A stretch of 64,000 nt of DNA from an uncultured Rickettsiales bacterium (lineage in GTDB: Bacteria > Myxococcota_A > UBA796 > UBA9615). The stretch spans positions 2,374 through 66,373 of the forward strand of contig CAZEKB010000030.1 of assembly GCA_964512225.1 (NCBI GenBank). The letters run 5' to 3'. The stretch's first letter is position 1; the number at the start of each line of letters is the position of its first letter. Below are positions 1-12,702 of this stretch, one piece after another. The notes under the pieces are model-generated. The model did not search any database, was not told the DNA's origin, and was given only the letters and a program-made list of their open reading frames with translations. Position numbers and translations under genes: made by a program.

Positions 1-539
1 AACGGCGCGCGGGGGAAGCGGTACAGCGTGGTCTCGGTGTCCCCGCGGTGCTTCGTGAGCAGGTAGAGGCTCTCCCCGTCGTGGAACAGCGCCTCGGCGT
101 CGAAGTTGCGAGCGGCGGGCGGGAACTCGGTCTGATCGGGGTACCGGTAGCGGACCGTGCGCTCCACCGCGACCGTCTCGGCGGTCACGTCCGGCTCGGG
201 GACCACGTGCACCGCGAGGTCCTTGCGCTGGTTCGCGTTGTTGCCCACGTCGCCGACGTAGAGCTTGCCGCCGTGGGCCGCGATCGCCTCCCAGTCCCGC
301 GCCGAGGCCCCCGTGACCCGCACGCTGCCCAGGTGCTCGCCGGTGGAGGAGATGGCGTAGAGGACGGGCCCGCCCCCGGAGTCGTTGTGGGTCCAGAACA
401 CCCCGGGCCGGATCGTCGACGCGACGAGCCCGGACGACTCGTCCAGCGCGGGGGCCTCGAGCCGACCGACGGGCTCCACCGTCGGCGTCCCCGCGACGAC
501 GGCGGCGACGAGGGCGAGGAGGGAGACGAGGCGGGACAT
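1..539 (-). CDS. Secreted hypothetical protein (signal peptide, beta-propeller-like motifs), C-terminally truncated by the window edge.
   Basis: Hand translation of the minus strand from ATG at 539..537 gives MSRLVSLLALVAAVVAGTPTVEPVGRLEAPALDESSGLVASTIRPGVFWTHNDSGGGPVLYAISSTGEHLGSVRVTGASARDWEAIAAHGGKLYVGDVGNNANQRKDLAVHVV..., a clear signal peptide followed by protein-like composition. It is not in the ORF track because the window contains no stop for it. It lies antisense to the spurious ORF 48..593 (+) and starts 38 nt after the CapA stop. Confidence 0.6.
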   Translation of the reverse strand, partial: MSRLVSLLALVAAVVAGTPTVEPVGRLEAPALDESSGLVASTIRPGVFWTHNDSGGGPVLYAISSTGEHLGSVRVTGASARDWEAIAAHGGKLYVGDVGNNANQRKDLAVHVVPEPDVTAETVAVERTVRYRYPDQTEFPPAARNFDAEALFHDGESLYLLTKHRGDTETTLYRFPRAP

Positions 540-576
540 GCCGGAGAGGGGGGGGACTCGCGCGCGCAGGCGGCGG

Positions 577-1695
577 CTACGGTCCCCAGGTGACGACGGC
601 CTTGGCCGTGCCCGCGCGGTGCTCGAGGTTCTTGCCCCCGCCGAGCTGCGCGAAGAAGCCCCCGGCCGCGTCGGGCTCGCAGGGTCGCGGCTGGAAGTGG
701 ATCTTCTTGTTGTCGGTGAGGATGCAGGTGAGCTCGAAGCCGTCGAAGCCGTCGGGTCCGAGGTAGGTGCGCAGCATCAGCCCCCACCCGGGGAACTCCT
801 CGTCGTAGCGCCCGGGGGTGCCGAAGACGAAGTTGCCCAGCGAATAGAAGACGGGCTTGCCGTCGATGACGTCGACGCGCTGCGCCATGTGGGAGCCGTG
901 GCCGATGACCGCGTCGTACCCCGCCTCGATCGCCCGTCGCCCCCACTTCTCCTGGCGATCGCGCACGAGGCTGTAGTTGCCGCCCCAGTGGGGGTAGGCG
1001 ACGACCCACTTCGCGCCTGCCGCGCGCGCCCGCTTCAGGCCCTCGGCGAGGTTCGTCCGGCTCAGGGGGGGGAGGCCCGCCCGGTCCGCTTCGGCCTTGT
1101 ACTGCTTGCGCCAGTTGATGCCGAAGCCGACGACGCCGACCTTGCCGTGCTCGGTCTCGATGATGAGCGGGACCATCGCCGTGTCGTGGTCCTTGCCGCC
1201 GCCGAACGGGACCATGCCCGCCGCGGAGATGTGCTCGCGGGAGGCCTCGACCCCCTTCGGGCCGCGATCGAGGAGGTGGTTGTTCGCGAGACTCAGCGCG
1301 TCGAAGCCGACGTCGGCGAGCACCTGGGCCGTCTCCGGCGCGGCGTTGTAGTGCCACCGCTGCTTCGGCCAGTACCGCTTGCGGTCGGCCGTGATCGGGC
1401 CCTCCTGGTTGCCCACCGTGTAGTCCGCCTTCAGCTCCTCGAGCAGGTGCTGGAACGGCCAGTGGTAGGAGTGCTTCTTCAGCTTCTTGCGCACGAACGC
1501 GTCGGCCAGGAGGATGTCGCCGACCCAGACGGTCGTGAACCGGTCGGCCCCGGGCTCGAGGCCCGCGGTCTCGTCGGGCGCAGGCGCGCTCTTCGGCTCG
1601 GAAGAGTCTGCGCCGCAACCGACGAGGGCCGCGGCGAGGGCGAGGGCGACGGCGCACCGTCGGGCGGATCGAGGGGGGGGGCGGCGAGCGGACAC
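577..1695 (-). CDS. CapA/PgsA-family poly-gamma-glutamate biosynthesis (metallophosphatase-fold) protein, secreted or lipoprotein.
   Basis: This is the C-terminal 372 aa of ORF 577..4164. It carries CapA motifs (VGNQEGPIT, LANNH, GYDAVIGHGSHM, YSLGNFVF) and a signal peptide RRCAVALALAAALVGCG. A GTG start at 1695 is inferred; the upstream part of the long ORF has junk composition. The start is uncertain. Confidence 0.8.
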   Translation of the reverse strand: MSARRPPPRSARRCAVALALAAALVGCGADSSEPKSAPAPDETAGLEPGADRFTTVWVGDILLADAFVRKKLKKHSYHWPFQHLLEELKADYTVGNQEGPITADRKRYWPKQRWHYNAAPETAQVLADVGFDALSLANNHLLDRGPKGVEASREHISAAGMVPFGGGKDHDTAMVPLIIETEHGKVGVVGFGINWRKQYKAEADRAGLPPLSRTNLAEGLKRARAAGAKWVVAYPHWGGNYSLVRDRQEKWGRRAIEAGYDAVIGHGSHMAQRVDVIDGKPVFYSLGNFVFGTPGRYDEEFPGWGLMLRTYLGPDGFDGFELTCILTDNKKIHFQPRPCEPDAAGGFFAQLGGGKNLEHRAGTAKAVVTWGP

Positions 1696-1827
1696 GGCGC
1701 GAGTGTATACCGTGCTCCGTACCCCGGAGTTCCAGGCCCATGCGCCCTCTCGATCGTCCCGCAGTCCTCGCCTTCGCCCCGGCCGCCCCCCCTGCGGGTG
1801 CTCGCGCCGGGCGCCCACGCCGGTAGC

Positions 1828-3201
1828 ATGAGCGTCATGCCCGACCCCGAGCACCTGCCCGACCTGTCCCTGGACCCGGACGCCTCGACCGAGGACGAGG
1901 TGAACACGGACACGCACGCCGCGGTGACCGACGACGCCGTCGCCTCCGAGTGGGGCGGGGGCGCCGAGGGGCTCACGGTCCCCGCCTCGCCGGCGATGAC
2001 GATGGTCGCGATCCTGCGCAGCTGGACCCGGGCGGAGGGCCCCGACATGGCGGCGGTGGCCGACGCGCTCACGAGCGGGTCGCCGACGGTCGACCAGTTC
2101 CTCGCGGAGGGCGCCGAGGCCCGAGAGTTCGGACGCGCGCTGCTGTCCGGGGAGGTCTACGGCCTCGGCGCGGCCACGGACGAGGGTCGCGCCATCCCCA
2201 AGTCGCGCTGGCTCGCGCTCGCGAAGACCTCCCCCGAGGCCTTCGTCTGGCACGTGCCCCCGCCCTACGTCCTGCCCTTCGACACCGACGCGCAGGCCCG
2301 GACGTTCGCCGACGAGCTCCTGCCCTGGGTGGAGCGGGCGGACCTCCGGGTCACCCTGAACTGGCTCGGCGCCCCGGGGTTCCTGGACGACGACGACGCC
2401 GTCGATCGCATCTCCGACCTCGTGCGCGCCCAGGCGGCGATCGTCGGGTGGGGGCAGTCCGTGGACGCGCTCGAGGCGATGGTCCGGCGCGGCGGTCGGT
2501 GGCGCGCGGCGCGGACCCTGGAGCGCCTCCTGCGCGATCTGCAGCCCGACCGCGACGAGGCCGCGACGATCCAGCGGGTGGCGCGCAAGTGCATGGACGC
2601 CCAGCTGTTCGCCCGGATCGCCCGGGAGTCCCCCTGGAGACGGGACGACGCGATGCTCGCCGACCTCGCGGATCGGGTGCCGACCTCGTCCCTGGTGCGC
2701 GGGTTCTTCGACGACGACGTGGTCCGCCGCGCCCACCTGCGGGGAGCCGCCGCGGATCGGGTGCTGCGCACGGCCTGGCGGGCCCTGTCGGGGCGACAGG
2801 ACGGCGCCGCCCTGGTCGCGGCCGCGCGGCTGGTGATGCGGGAGGCCCGCGCGGGCCGCAACGCGGAGCTCTGTCGGGAGATGGTCCGGGCCCTCGCGGA
2901 CGTGCACGGCGACGCCGCGGTCGAGGCGATCACGGCGATCTTCTTGTCCGGGATCCACCGATCTCCGAGCGGCCCCGCCCTGCAGCGATTCCTCCTCGCG
3001 CGTCCCGAGGCCGCCCTCACGGCCGCCCTCGCGGAGCTGCCCGAGTGGGTGCCCGGGTTCGACGCCTCGGCGATGGAGCGGCTGGCCTACCGCTGCGTGG
3101 AGCTGTTGGACGACGAGGCCCGCGGGCGGGTCCGCGATCTCGCCGAGGTCTCCGACGGCGTCGCCGCCAAGCGCGTGCTCCGGGAGCTCGACGAGGTCTG
3201 A
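1828..3201 (+). CDS. Hypothetical alpha-helical protein (457 aa).
   Basis: This is the in-frame tail of ORF 385..3201, starting at MSVMPDPEHLPDLSLDP. Composition is Leu/Ala/Asp/Glu-rich and protein-like, unlike the Arg/Pro/Gly-rich upstream part. No recognisable domain. Confidence 0.5.
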   Translation: MSVMPDPEHLPDLSLDPDASTEDEVNTDTHAAVTDDAVASEWGGGAEGLTVPASPAMTMVAILRSWTRAEGPDMAAVADALTSGSPTVDQFLAEGAEAREFGRALLSGEVYGLGAATDEGRAIPKSRWLALAKTSPEAFVWHVPPPYVLPFDTDAQARTFADELLPWVERADLRVTLNWLGAPGFLDDDDAVDRISDLVRAQAAIVGWGQSVDALEAMVRRGGRWRAARTLERLLRDLQPDRDEAATIQRVARKCMDAQLFARIARESPWRRDDAMLADLADRVPTSSLVRGFFDDDVVRRAHLRGAAADRVLRTAWRALSGRQDGAALVAAARLVMREARAGRNAELCREMVRALADVHGDAAVEAITAIFLSGIHRSPSGPALQRFLLARPEAALTAALAELPEWVPGFDASAMERLAYRCVELLDDEARGRVRDLAEVSDGVAAKRVLRELDEV

Positions 3202-3354
3202 TCGGCTCCAGCAGGGTGCTGAAGAACGCCTCCCCTCGAACCGGGAGGGCTCGCCCCGCCGCAGCTCCGCTCGCTGCGCTCGCTGCCTGACGCCGCGCGG
3301 GGCGACCCTCCCGGCGGGTCGGCTCCTCGGTAGGACCCGAGACTTCCCGGCAGG

Positions 3355-3508
3355 CGGCAAGAACTCGGGCGTTTCACCGAACCGGGCCGGTTCTTGCCGG
3401 GGTTGCGGCAAGAACTCGGGCGTTTCACCGAACCCGGCCGGTTCTTGCCGGGGGTTGCGGCAAGAACTCCGCCGTTTCACCGAACCGGGGTGGGTTCTTC
3501 CGGGGCGC
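3355..3508. repeat. Tandem array of three ~51-52 bp hairpin units (REP/BIME-like), core AACTCGGGCGTTTCACCGAACCGGGC flanked by the inverted repeat GGCAAGAAC...GTTCTTGCC.
   Basis: Read directly: GCGGCAAGAACTCGGGCGTTTCACCGAACCGGGCCGGTTCTTGCCGGGGTT occurs three times, with the third copy degenerate. Each unit holds a 9-bp perfect inverted repeat. Spurious ORFs (3087..3428 -, 3394..3594 +, 3455..3661 +) read through it. Confidence 0.8.
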
Positions 3509-3514
3509 CCTCTA

Positions 3515-4697
3515 AACGGCCGAACAGCGGTTTGCTGCCTCACACAAATCAAGCAGCCCTCCCCAGCCCTGCCTGCGCTCCTGTTCGTGTGTAGGCCTCG
3601 AGGTAGCGCTTGGCCTCGCGGACGAGGGTCTCGATGTCGGGACATCGATGGTTCCTCGTGACGGCGGTGTGGACGTCGAGCCAGACACGCTCGATGGGGT
3701 TCCCCTCCGGCGAATAGGGCGGCAGAAAGCAGAGCTCGATCTTGCCGCCGAGCGCCTTCAGGGCCCTCCGGGTCTTCTTGCTTCGGTGGATGATGTAGTT
3801 GTCGACGACGAGGTGCACGGTGCCGTGCAGGCGGTAGCGGCTCGCGAGTTCGTGCAGGAGCTTGATGAAGAGGTCGCTCGCCTTGCTGGGGCCATCGACG
3901 GCCACGAGGGTCTTCGTGGCCGGGTTGTAGGCGCCTGCGATGTAGTGCTTCTTGTTCCTGCCGGGCGTCATGACGGTCTCTCTCAGGCCCCGAGGCGCCC
4001 AGTCCGGGCCGAGCTTCGGCAGCAGGTGGATGTCGACCTCGTCGGCGTACAGGACCACGTCGCCTTTCGGGACGGCCGCGAGCCACCGAGCCAGTCGTCG
4101 GAGCTGCTCGGCTTGGTCCGCGGGAGCGAGGGCGATGGTCTGCTGTGGTCGGACTCGACGGCACCCGGCCTCTCGAAGCAGCGACCCATCTGCGAGACGC
4201 TCACTGCGACTCCGTACCGCCGTCGCACCTCGTGGCAGACCAGCTCGATGGACCATGTGGAGCGCATCCACCCGAAACGTCCGGGCTGCTCGGCCACCAG
4301 CGCGGGGAGAGCCGCGACGATCTCCATACGACGAGCCAGCCGATGTGTACCCGCCCGGCGGCGGTCTCGCAGACCATCCAGACCTCCGTCACGAAGCAGA
4401 TACTCGGTCCGCTGAACGGTCGAGCGAGCGCAAGCAAGGACGGAAGCAACCCGGCGCTGCGACAGGCCCGCAGCCCGCGCCAGCAGAATGGAAGCCCGTC
4501 GTCGCTCCACGAAGGACGGGGAGTGGTCTCGGAGGAGAACGAGGTCGTCCTCCAGGGCGAGGATCTTCACTACGATGGGGGTCACGGCAGCCTTCCGTGC
4601 GGGGTGGATGGTGTCGCAACCCCCTTCTCTCACGATTGGCTGTCGTTTTCGAGCCCCTCTCTCCATTGGAGGGGCCTCACATCGCTGGGAAGCCCTC
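3515..4697 (-). mobile_element. IS630-family (Tc1/mariner superfamily) insertion sequence, ~1.18 kb, with TA dinucleotides at both junctions (right junction inside CTAG).
   Basis: It contains both halves of an IS630 DDE transposase. Junctions read cTAaacgg at 3513-14 and cctcTAgg at 4698-99. Imperfect terminal inverted repeats are only loosely matched by eye (AACGGCCGAACAGCGGTTTG versus the reverse complement of CAGCGATGTGAGG). Boundaries are good to about +/-10 bp. Confidence 0.7.
3549..4666 (-). pseudogene. IS630-family DDE transposase split into two overlapping frames. orfA (3983..4666) holds the HTH/winged-helix N-terminus; orfB (3549..4271) holds the DDE catalytic domain.
   Basis: orfA reads LARAAGLSQRRVASVLACARSTVQRTEYLLRDGGLDGL...WSIELVCHEVRRRYGVAVSVSQ (paired HTH). 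orfB reads LLREAGCRRVRPQQ...VVLYADEVDIHL...LVVDNYIIH...PPYSPEGNPIERVW (D, D, E triad). The frames switch near 4185-4195 by a -1 shift with no slippery heptamer, so a frameshift mutation or a sequencing error is likelier than a programmed frameshift. Confidence 0.8.
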
Positions 4698-5476
4698 TAG
4701 GCGAGCGCCGCCAGGAGCGCGCTCAGGGTCGCGTCTTCGTCGGCGCGCGACGTGTCCACGTGCACCTCGGCGGTGCGATACAGCGGCTCCCGGGCGCCGA
4801 GGATCGCGCGCAGCTCCTGCATGGCGTCGGCGCGCCCCGCGACCGGCCGGCGGTCCCCCTGGGCGAGGACCCGGTTCATGTGGTCCGCGGGGCTCGCCTG
4901 CAGCCACACCGACCGACACCGCGATCGCACGACGTCGAAGGCGGGCGCGTTCTGGACCACGCCCCCCGAGAGCGCGACCACCAGGGGACGCCCCTCGTCC
5001 AGGAGGCGGCGCAGCGACGCGGCCTCGAGGCGACGGTAGTAGGCCTCGCCGTGCAGGGAGAAGATCTCGCCCACGGACATCCCCGCGACGTCCTCGATCG
5101 CCTCGTCCAGCTCCACGAAGTCGACGCCCAGAGCCCCCGCGAGCCGTCGCCCGAGCGTGGTCTTGCCCGCCCCGCGCAAGCCGAGCAGGGCGACGACCTC
5201 CGGCGGCGGTTCGACGACCCGGCCCGGCCGCTCCTCTACGAGCCGGGCCACGTCCACGTCCAGGGCCCGAGCCACCGAGGCGAGACGTCCGATGGAGATG
5301 TTCCCCCGTCCCGCCTCGAGCTCCGATACGAACCGGGGGCTCAGGCCCGACTCCGCGGCGAGCCGGCGAGCCGTCCACTGCAGCTGCATCCGTCGCTCAC
5401 GCACCCGGCGGGCGACCCGCGCAAGGATCGCGACGGCCTCGGGCCGGGGGGCCCTCCCGCGGGGTTCGGGGGTCAT
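4697..5476 (-). CDS. boxR: BoxR/BzdR-type transcriptional regulator: N-terminal XRE-family HTH plus a C-terminal shikimate-kinase-like effector domain.
   Basis: C-terminal 259 aa of ORF 4697..6901. HTH segment: QLQWTARRLAAESGLSPRFVSELEAGRGNISIGRLASVARALDV. Shikimate-kinase Walker A segment: LLGLRGAGKTTLGRRLAGALGVDFVELDE...LSGG. It is divergent from boxC across an 81-bp AT-richer gap. The domain architecture matches the benzoyl-CoA-responsive regulators BzdR/BoxR. Confidence 0.8.
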   Translation of the reverse strand: MTPEPRGRAPRPEAVAILARVARRVRERRMQLQWTARRLAAESGLSPRFVSELEAGRGNISIGRLASVARALDVDVARLVEERPGRVVEPPPEVVALLGLRGAGKTTLGRRLAGALGVDFVELDEAIEDVAGMSVGEIFSLHGEAYYRRLEAASLRRLLDEGRPLVVALSGGVVQNAPAFDVVRSRCRSVWLQASPADHMNRVLAQGDRRPVAGRADAMQELRAILGAREPLYRTAEVHVDTSRADEDATLSALLAALA

Positions 5477-5495
5477 GGGTGCGCAGTATATTGCT

Positions 5496-5509
5496 ATGTC
5501 GATCGTCAT
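5496..5509. promoter_or_regulatory. Candidate operator: 14-bp near-palindrome ATGtCGATCGtCAT in the boxR-boxC divergent intergenic region.
   Basis: Read directly; 12 of 14 positions are self-complementary around the CGATCG core. The surrounding 5477..5557 is locally AT-richer (gcagtatattgctatg...gaagcattatcttgcatctc) and also contains TGCA/GCAT half-sites. Coordinates are +/-1. Confidence 0.3.
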
Positions 5510-5557
5510 GGAAGCATTATCTTGCATCTCCCGAGATCGCTGCGTATCTTCCGCGCC

Positions 5558-7213
<1,656 letters not shown>

Positions 7214-7276
7214 CCCCGCAACGACCGTTACCTACAACACTCACGCGGCTCACGCCGCGACGAATCGGAGCCCTCG

Positions 7277-8719
<1,443 letters not shown>

Positions 8720-8723
8720 TTCG

Positions 8724-10277
<1,554 letters not shown>

Positions 10278-10314
10278 GCGTTCGTCTGGTATAGAGCCGC
10301 CCGATGGAGGTGTC

Positions 10315-10998
10315 GTGAAGGAGTTGGTCCAGAGTTCGGTGGTCAGCGGCCCCGGACCGAAGAGCGAAGAACGCATCCAGCGGCAGACGATCGCGCGGAT
10401 GTTCGAGTCCGGGTTCCTGGAGTTCTTCTCGCGCGTGCACCCGGCCGTGCCCGCCCTTCTCTACGTCCCGATCGTCGCGTTCATGGTGTGGACGGCCACA
10501 TCGATCGTGACGCCCGCCGCCGTCGGGGCCGGGGTGCTCGGGGGCCTCTTCTTCTGGACGACGCAGGAGTACCTGCTGCACCGCTTCCTGTTCCACTTCC
10601 CCCGGCTCGGGCCCCTGTCCGAGTGGCTGTACTTCTACACCCACGGGATTCACCACCTCTTCCCCGACGACAAGTGGCGGCTCGTGATGGTCCCGCCGAT
10701 CTCGATCCCCTTGGCGGTCGTCTTCTGGCTGCTCTTCGCCGCGATCCTGCCCGCGGGCATCGCTCACGCCGCCTTCGCGGGCTTCACCCTCGGGTACCTG
10801 GCCTACGACTACACGCACTACGCGACCCACCACGTGGCCCCCCCGAAGCACCCCCTCCTCGCGCCGGTCGCGGCGGTGATGCGCAAGCAGCGCAAGCGAC
10901 ACCTCACGCACCACTTCGGCGACCCCGAGCGCGGCTTCGGCGTGAGCACCGGGTTCTGGGACCACATCTTCCGCACGGTCAACCCGAAGGCTCCCTGA
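10315..10998 (+). CDS. Fatty-acid hydroxylase / sterol-desaturase-family integral membrane protein (227 aa).
   Basis: Three His boxes are present (HRFLFH, HGIHHLF, HYATHH/HLTHHF) with hydrophobic segments. GTG start, with the Shine-Dalgarno sequence GGAGG 5 nt upstream. Confidence 0.8.
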   Translation: MKELVQSSVVSGPGPKSEERIQRQTIARMFESGFLEFFSRVHPAVPALLYVPIVAFMVWTATSIVTPAAVGAGVLGGLFFWTTQEYLLHRFLFHFPRLGPLSEWLYFYTHGIHHLFPDDKWRLVMVPPISIPLAVVFWLLFAAILPAGIAHAAFAGFTLGYLAYDYTHYATHHVAPPKHPLLAPVAAVMRKQRKRHLTHHFGDPERGFGVSTGFWDHIFRTVNPKAP

Positions 10999-11010
10999 CC
11001 GAGCTCCGGC

Positions 11011-11805
11011 TCAGCCGCGCTTGCGCTGCGTCGCCCGCACGAGCCACCGCACCAGCCAGGGCGCGACGGCGTGCGTCCACATGAAGAGCTGGAGCATGAA
11101 CGGCGACACCACGGTGTCGCGCGGCCTGCGGATGGCGGACAGGATCACGTCGGCGCACCGCTCGGGGGAGCTCACGGGGATGAGGCGCGCGATCGTCGGG
11201 ATGTGCTCCCGGCTGCCGGGGTTGACGTCGAAGTAGCTGCTGGTGACCTCCCCGAGCACGACGTGGCAAGAGCGCACGCCCGTCCCCAGCAGGTCCATCC
11301 GCAGAGCCTCGTGCAGCCCGCGCAGGGCGTACCTCGCGCTCGCGTACCCGGTGCAGCCCCCCCACGGCATGATCCCCGCGGGCGAGTTGATGTGGAGGAT
11401 CAGCCCCGAGCGACGCTCGAGCATCGCCGTCATGAACGCGTGGGTCGCGTGGAACGCCGACAGGTACGGCGCCCCGATCATCGTCTTCACCTCGGCGGGC
11501 GCCGTGTCCTCGATGTAGAGCCAGCGGCCCGCGCCCGCGCAGTTGACGATCACGTCGGGGGTCCCGTGAGCCTCGATCACGCGCTTCGCCAGGGCCACCA
11601 CCGCGTCCCCGTCGGCCCCGTCCACCGGCTCCACGACCGCCGTACCGCCGGCGGCGCCGATCTCCGTGGCGAGCTCCTCCAGCACCGGCCGGCGGCGGGC
11701 GCAGACGACCACTCGCCAGCCCGCGGCGGCGAGCTTCACGGCCGTCGCACGGCCGATCCCGCTGGAGGCCCCGGTGACGACGGCCAGGTTCGAACGTCCG
11801 GTCAT
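11011..11805 (-). CDS. Short-chain dehydrogenase/reductase (SDR), 264 aa.
   Basis: Tail of ORF 11011..14112 starting at MTGRSNLAVVTGASSGIGRA (TGxxxGxG), with NCAG and a YxxxR/K-type active-site region (YASARYALRG). Confidence 0.85.
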   Translation of the reverse strand: MTGRSNLAVVTGASSGIGRATAVKLAAAGWRVVVCARRRPVLEELATEIGAAGGTAVVEPVDGADGDAVVALAKRVIEAHGTPDVIVNCAGAGRWLYIEDTAPAEVKTMIGAPYLSAFHATHAFMTAMLERRSGLILHINSPAGIMPWGGCTGYASARYALRGLHEALRMDLLGTGVRSCHVVLGEVTSSYFDVNPGSREHIPTIARLIPVSSPERCADVILSAIRRPRDTVVSPFMLQLFMWTHAVAPWLVRWLVRATQRKRG

Positions 11806-11859
11806 GGGCAGGGATTCTAGAGGACGGATACCCTCGAGGAGGAGGTCCCCCTGGCGACC

Positions 11860-12702
11860 GTGGCCCTCAAGCTGCTCCCGCTCCTCTGCGCCGCCTTCGT
11901 GCTGCTCGGCTGGACCCTGCCGTGGGGGTGGGACGCCGGGTGGATGCAGCCCTGGCACGACGCGCTCTCGGCCTGGCTGGGGGCGGCGCCGTCTCCCGAG
12001 ACGAGGCGCCTGGAGGCCCTGTTGTTCGGCATCCTCGGCGGCTCCATCGCCGGGAAGTGGGTGGCTGCGGGCTGGATCGCGGAGATGCTGCGACGCACTC
12101 GGGACCGGGCCCTCTGGCGACTCTCCTGGGCCGGCCTGCTGGCCTGGTTCGCCCTGGACTCGGGCGTGTCCGCGGCCCTCGGCGCGGGCTTCAACGTCAC
12201 CCTCGTGAACCTCCTGCCGCTGGTCGTCGTCGGCGGGTGCCTCCTCGCCGCGGGCCCGGGCACCGTCGCGCCGAAGACGCCCCCCCGAGCACGCCCCGAC
12301 GCGGTGGTCTCGGCGATCCTCGTCTTCTTCGCGGGCACGGGCCTCCTGTTCGCCCTCGGTCCTCGCAGCCTGCCTCTCCTGCTGTGGAACACGGCCATGG
12401 AGAGCCACCTGCTCGCCGGCGTGCTCACGGTCGAGGCCGAGCGCGTCCAGCGCCTCCTGGGAGGAGCGATCGGGGGGACGGTCTTCGCGCACTTCGTCCT
12501 CCTGCTGGGCGCTCATCGCGCGGCGCCCGAGGCCCCGTGGGTCCGGGCCGCGGTGGCCACGTCGATCGCCGCGTGGGTGATCCCCGATGCGCTCGCGTCC
12601 ATCGCTCACGGGGCCTGGTACAACCTCGTCTACATCGACGCCCCCTGCGTCGTCGGCGTCGCGGTCGCCGTCGCCTTGCTGCGGCGTCGGGCGGTGATGT
12701 AG
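11860..12702 (+). CDS. Hypothetical Trp-rich polytopic membrane protein.
   Basis: ORF 11860..12702 reads LLPLLCAAFVLLGWTLPWGWDAGWMQPW, with several hydrophobic helices. No known domain. It overlaps the end of the convergent GNAT-MTase gene. Confidence 0.45.
   Translation: MALKLLPLLCAAFVLLGWTLPWGWDAGWMQPWHDALSAWLGAAPSPETRRLEALLFGILGGSIAGKWVAAGWIAEMLRRTRDRALWRLSWAGLLAWFALDSGVSAALGAGFNVTLVNLLPLVVVGGCLLAAGPGTVAPKTPPRARPDAVVSAILVFFAGTGLLFALGPRSLPLLLWNTAMESHLLAGVLTVEAERVQRLLGGAIGGTVFAHFVLLLGAHRAAPEAPWVRAAVATSIAAWVIPDALASIAHGAWYNLVYIDAPCVVGVAVAVALLRRRAVM

Noticed and set aside
48-593. 181-aa plus-strand ORF at the window start
   Set aside because: It is exactly antisense to a hand-translated minus-strand gene with a convincing signal peptide and protein-like composition (1..539), and its own translation is Gly/Arg/Asp-rich junk.
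3340-3510. Possible CRISPR array (also 33950..34100)
   Set aside because: The ~51-bp units abut directly with no unique spacers. Each unit is an internal hairpin. The two loci share a core but differ in arms. No cas genes are nearby. This is a REP/BIME-like repeat, not CRISPR.
3087-3661. Small ORFs 3087..3428 (-), 3394..3594 (+), 3455..3661 (+) and 33856..34161 (-), 33861..34079 (-)
   Set aside because: They are translations of the tandem hairpin repeats, giving repetitive peptides (RQELGRFTEPGRFLPG...). They are artefacts of the repeat arrays.
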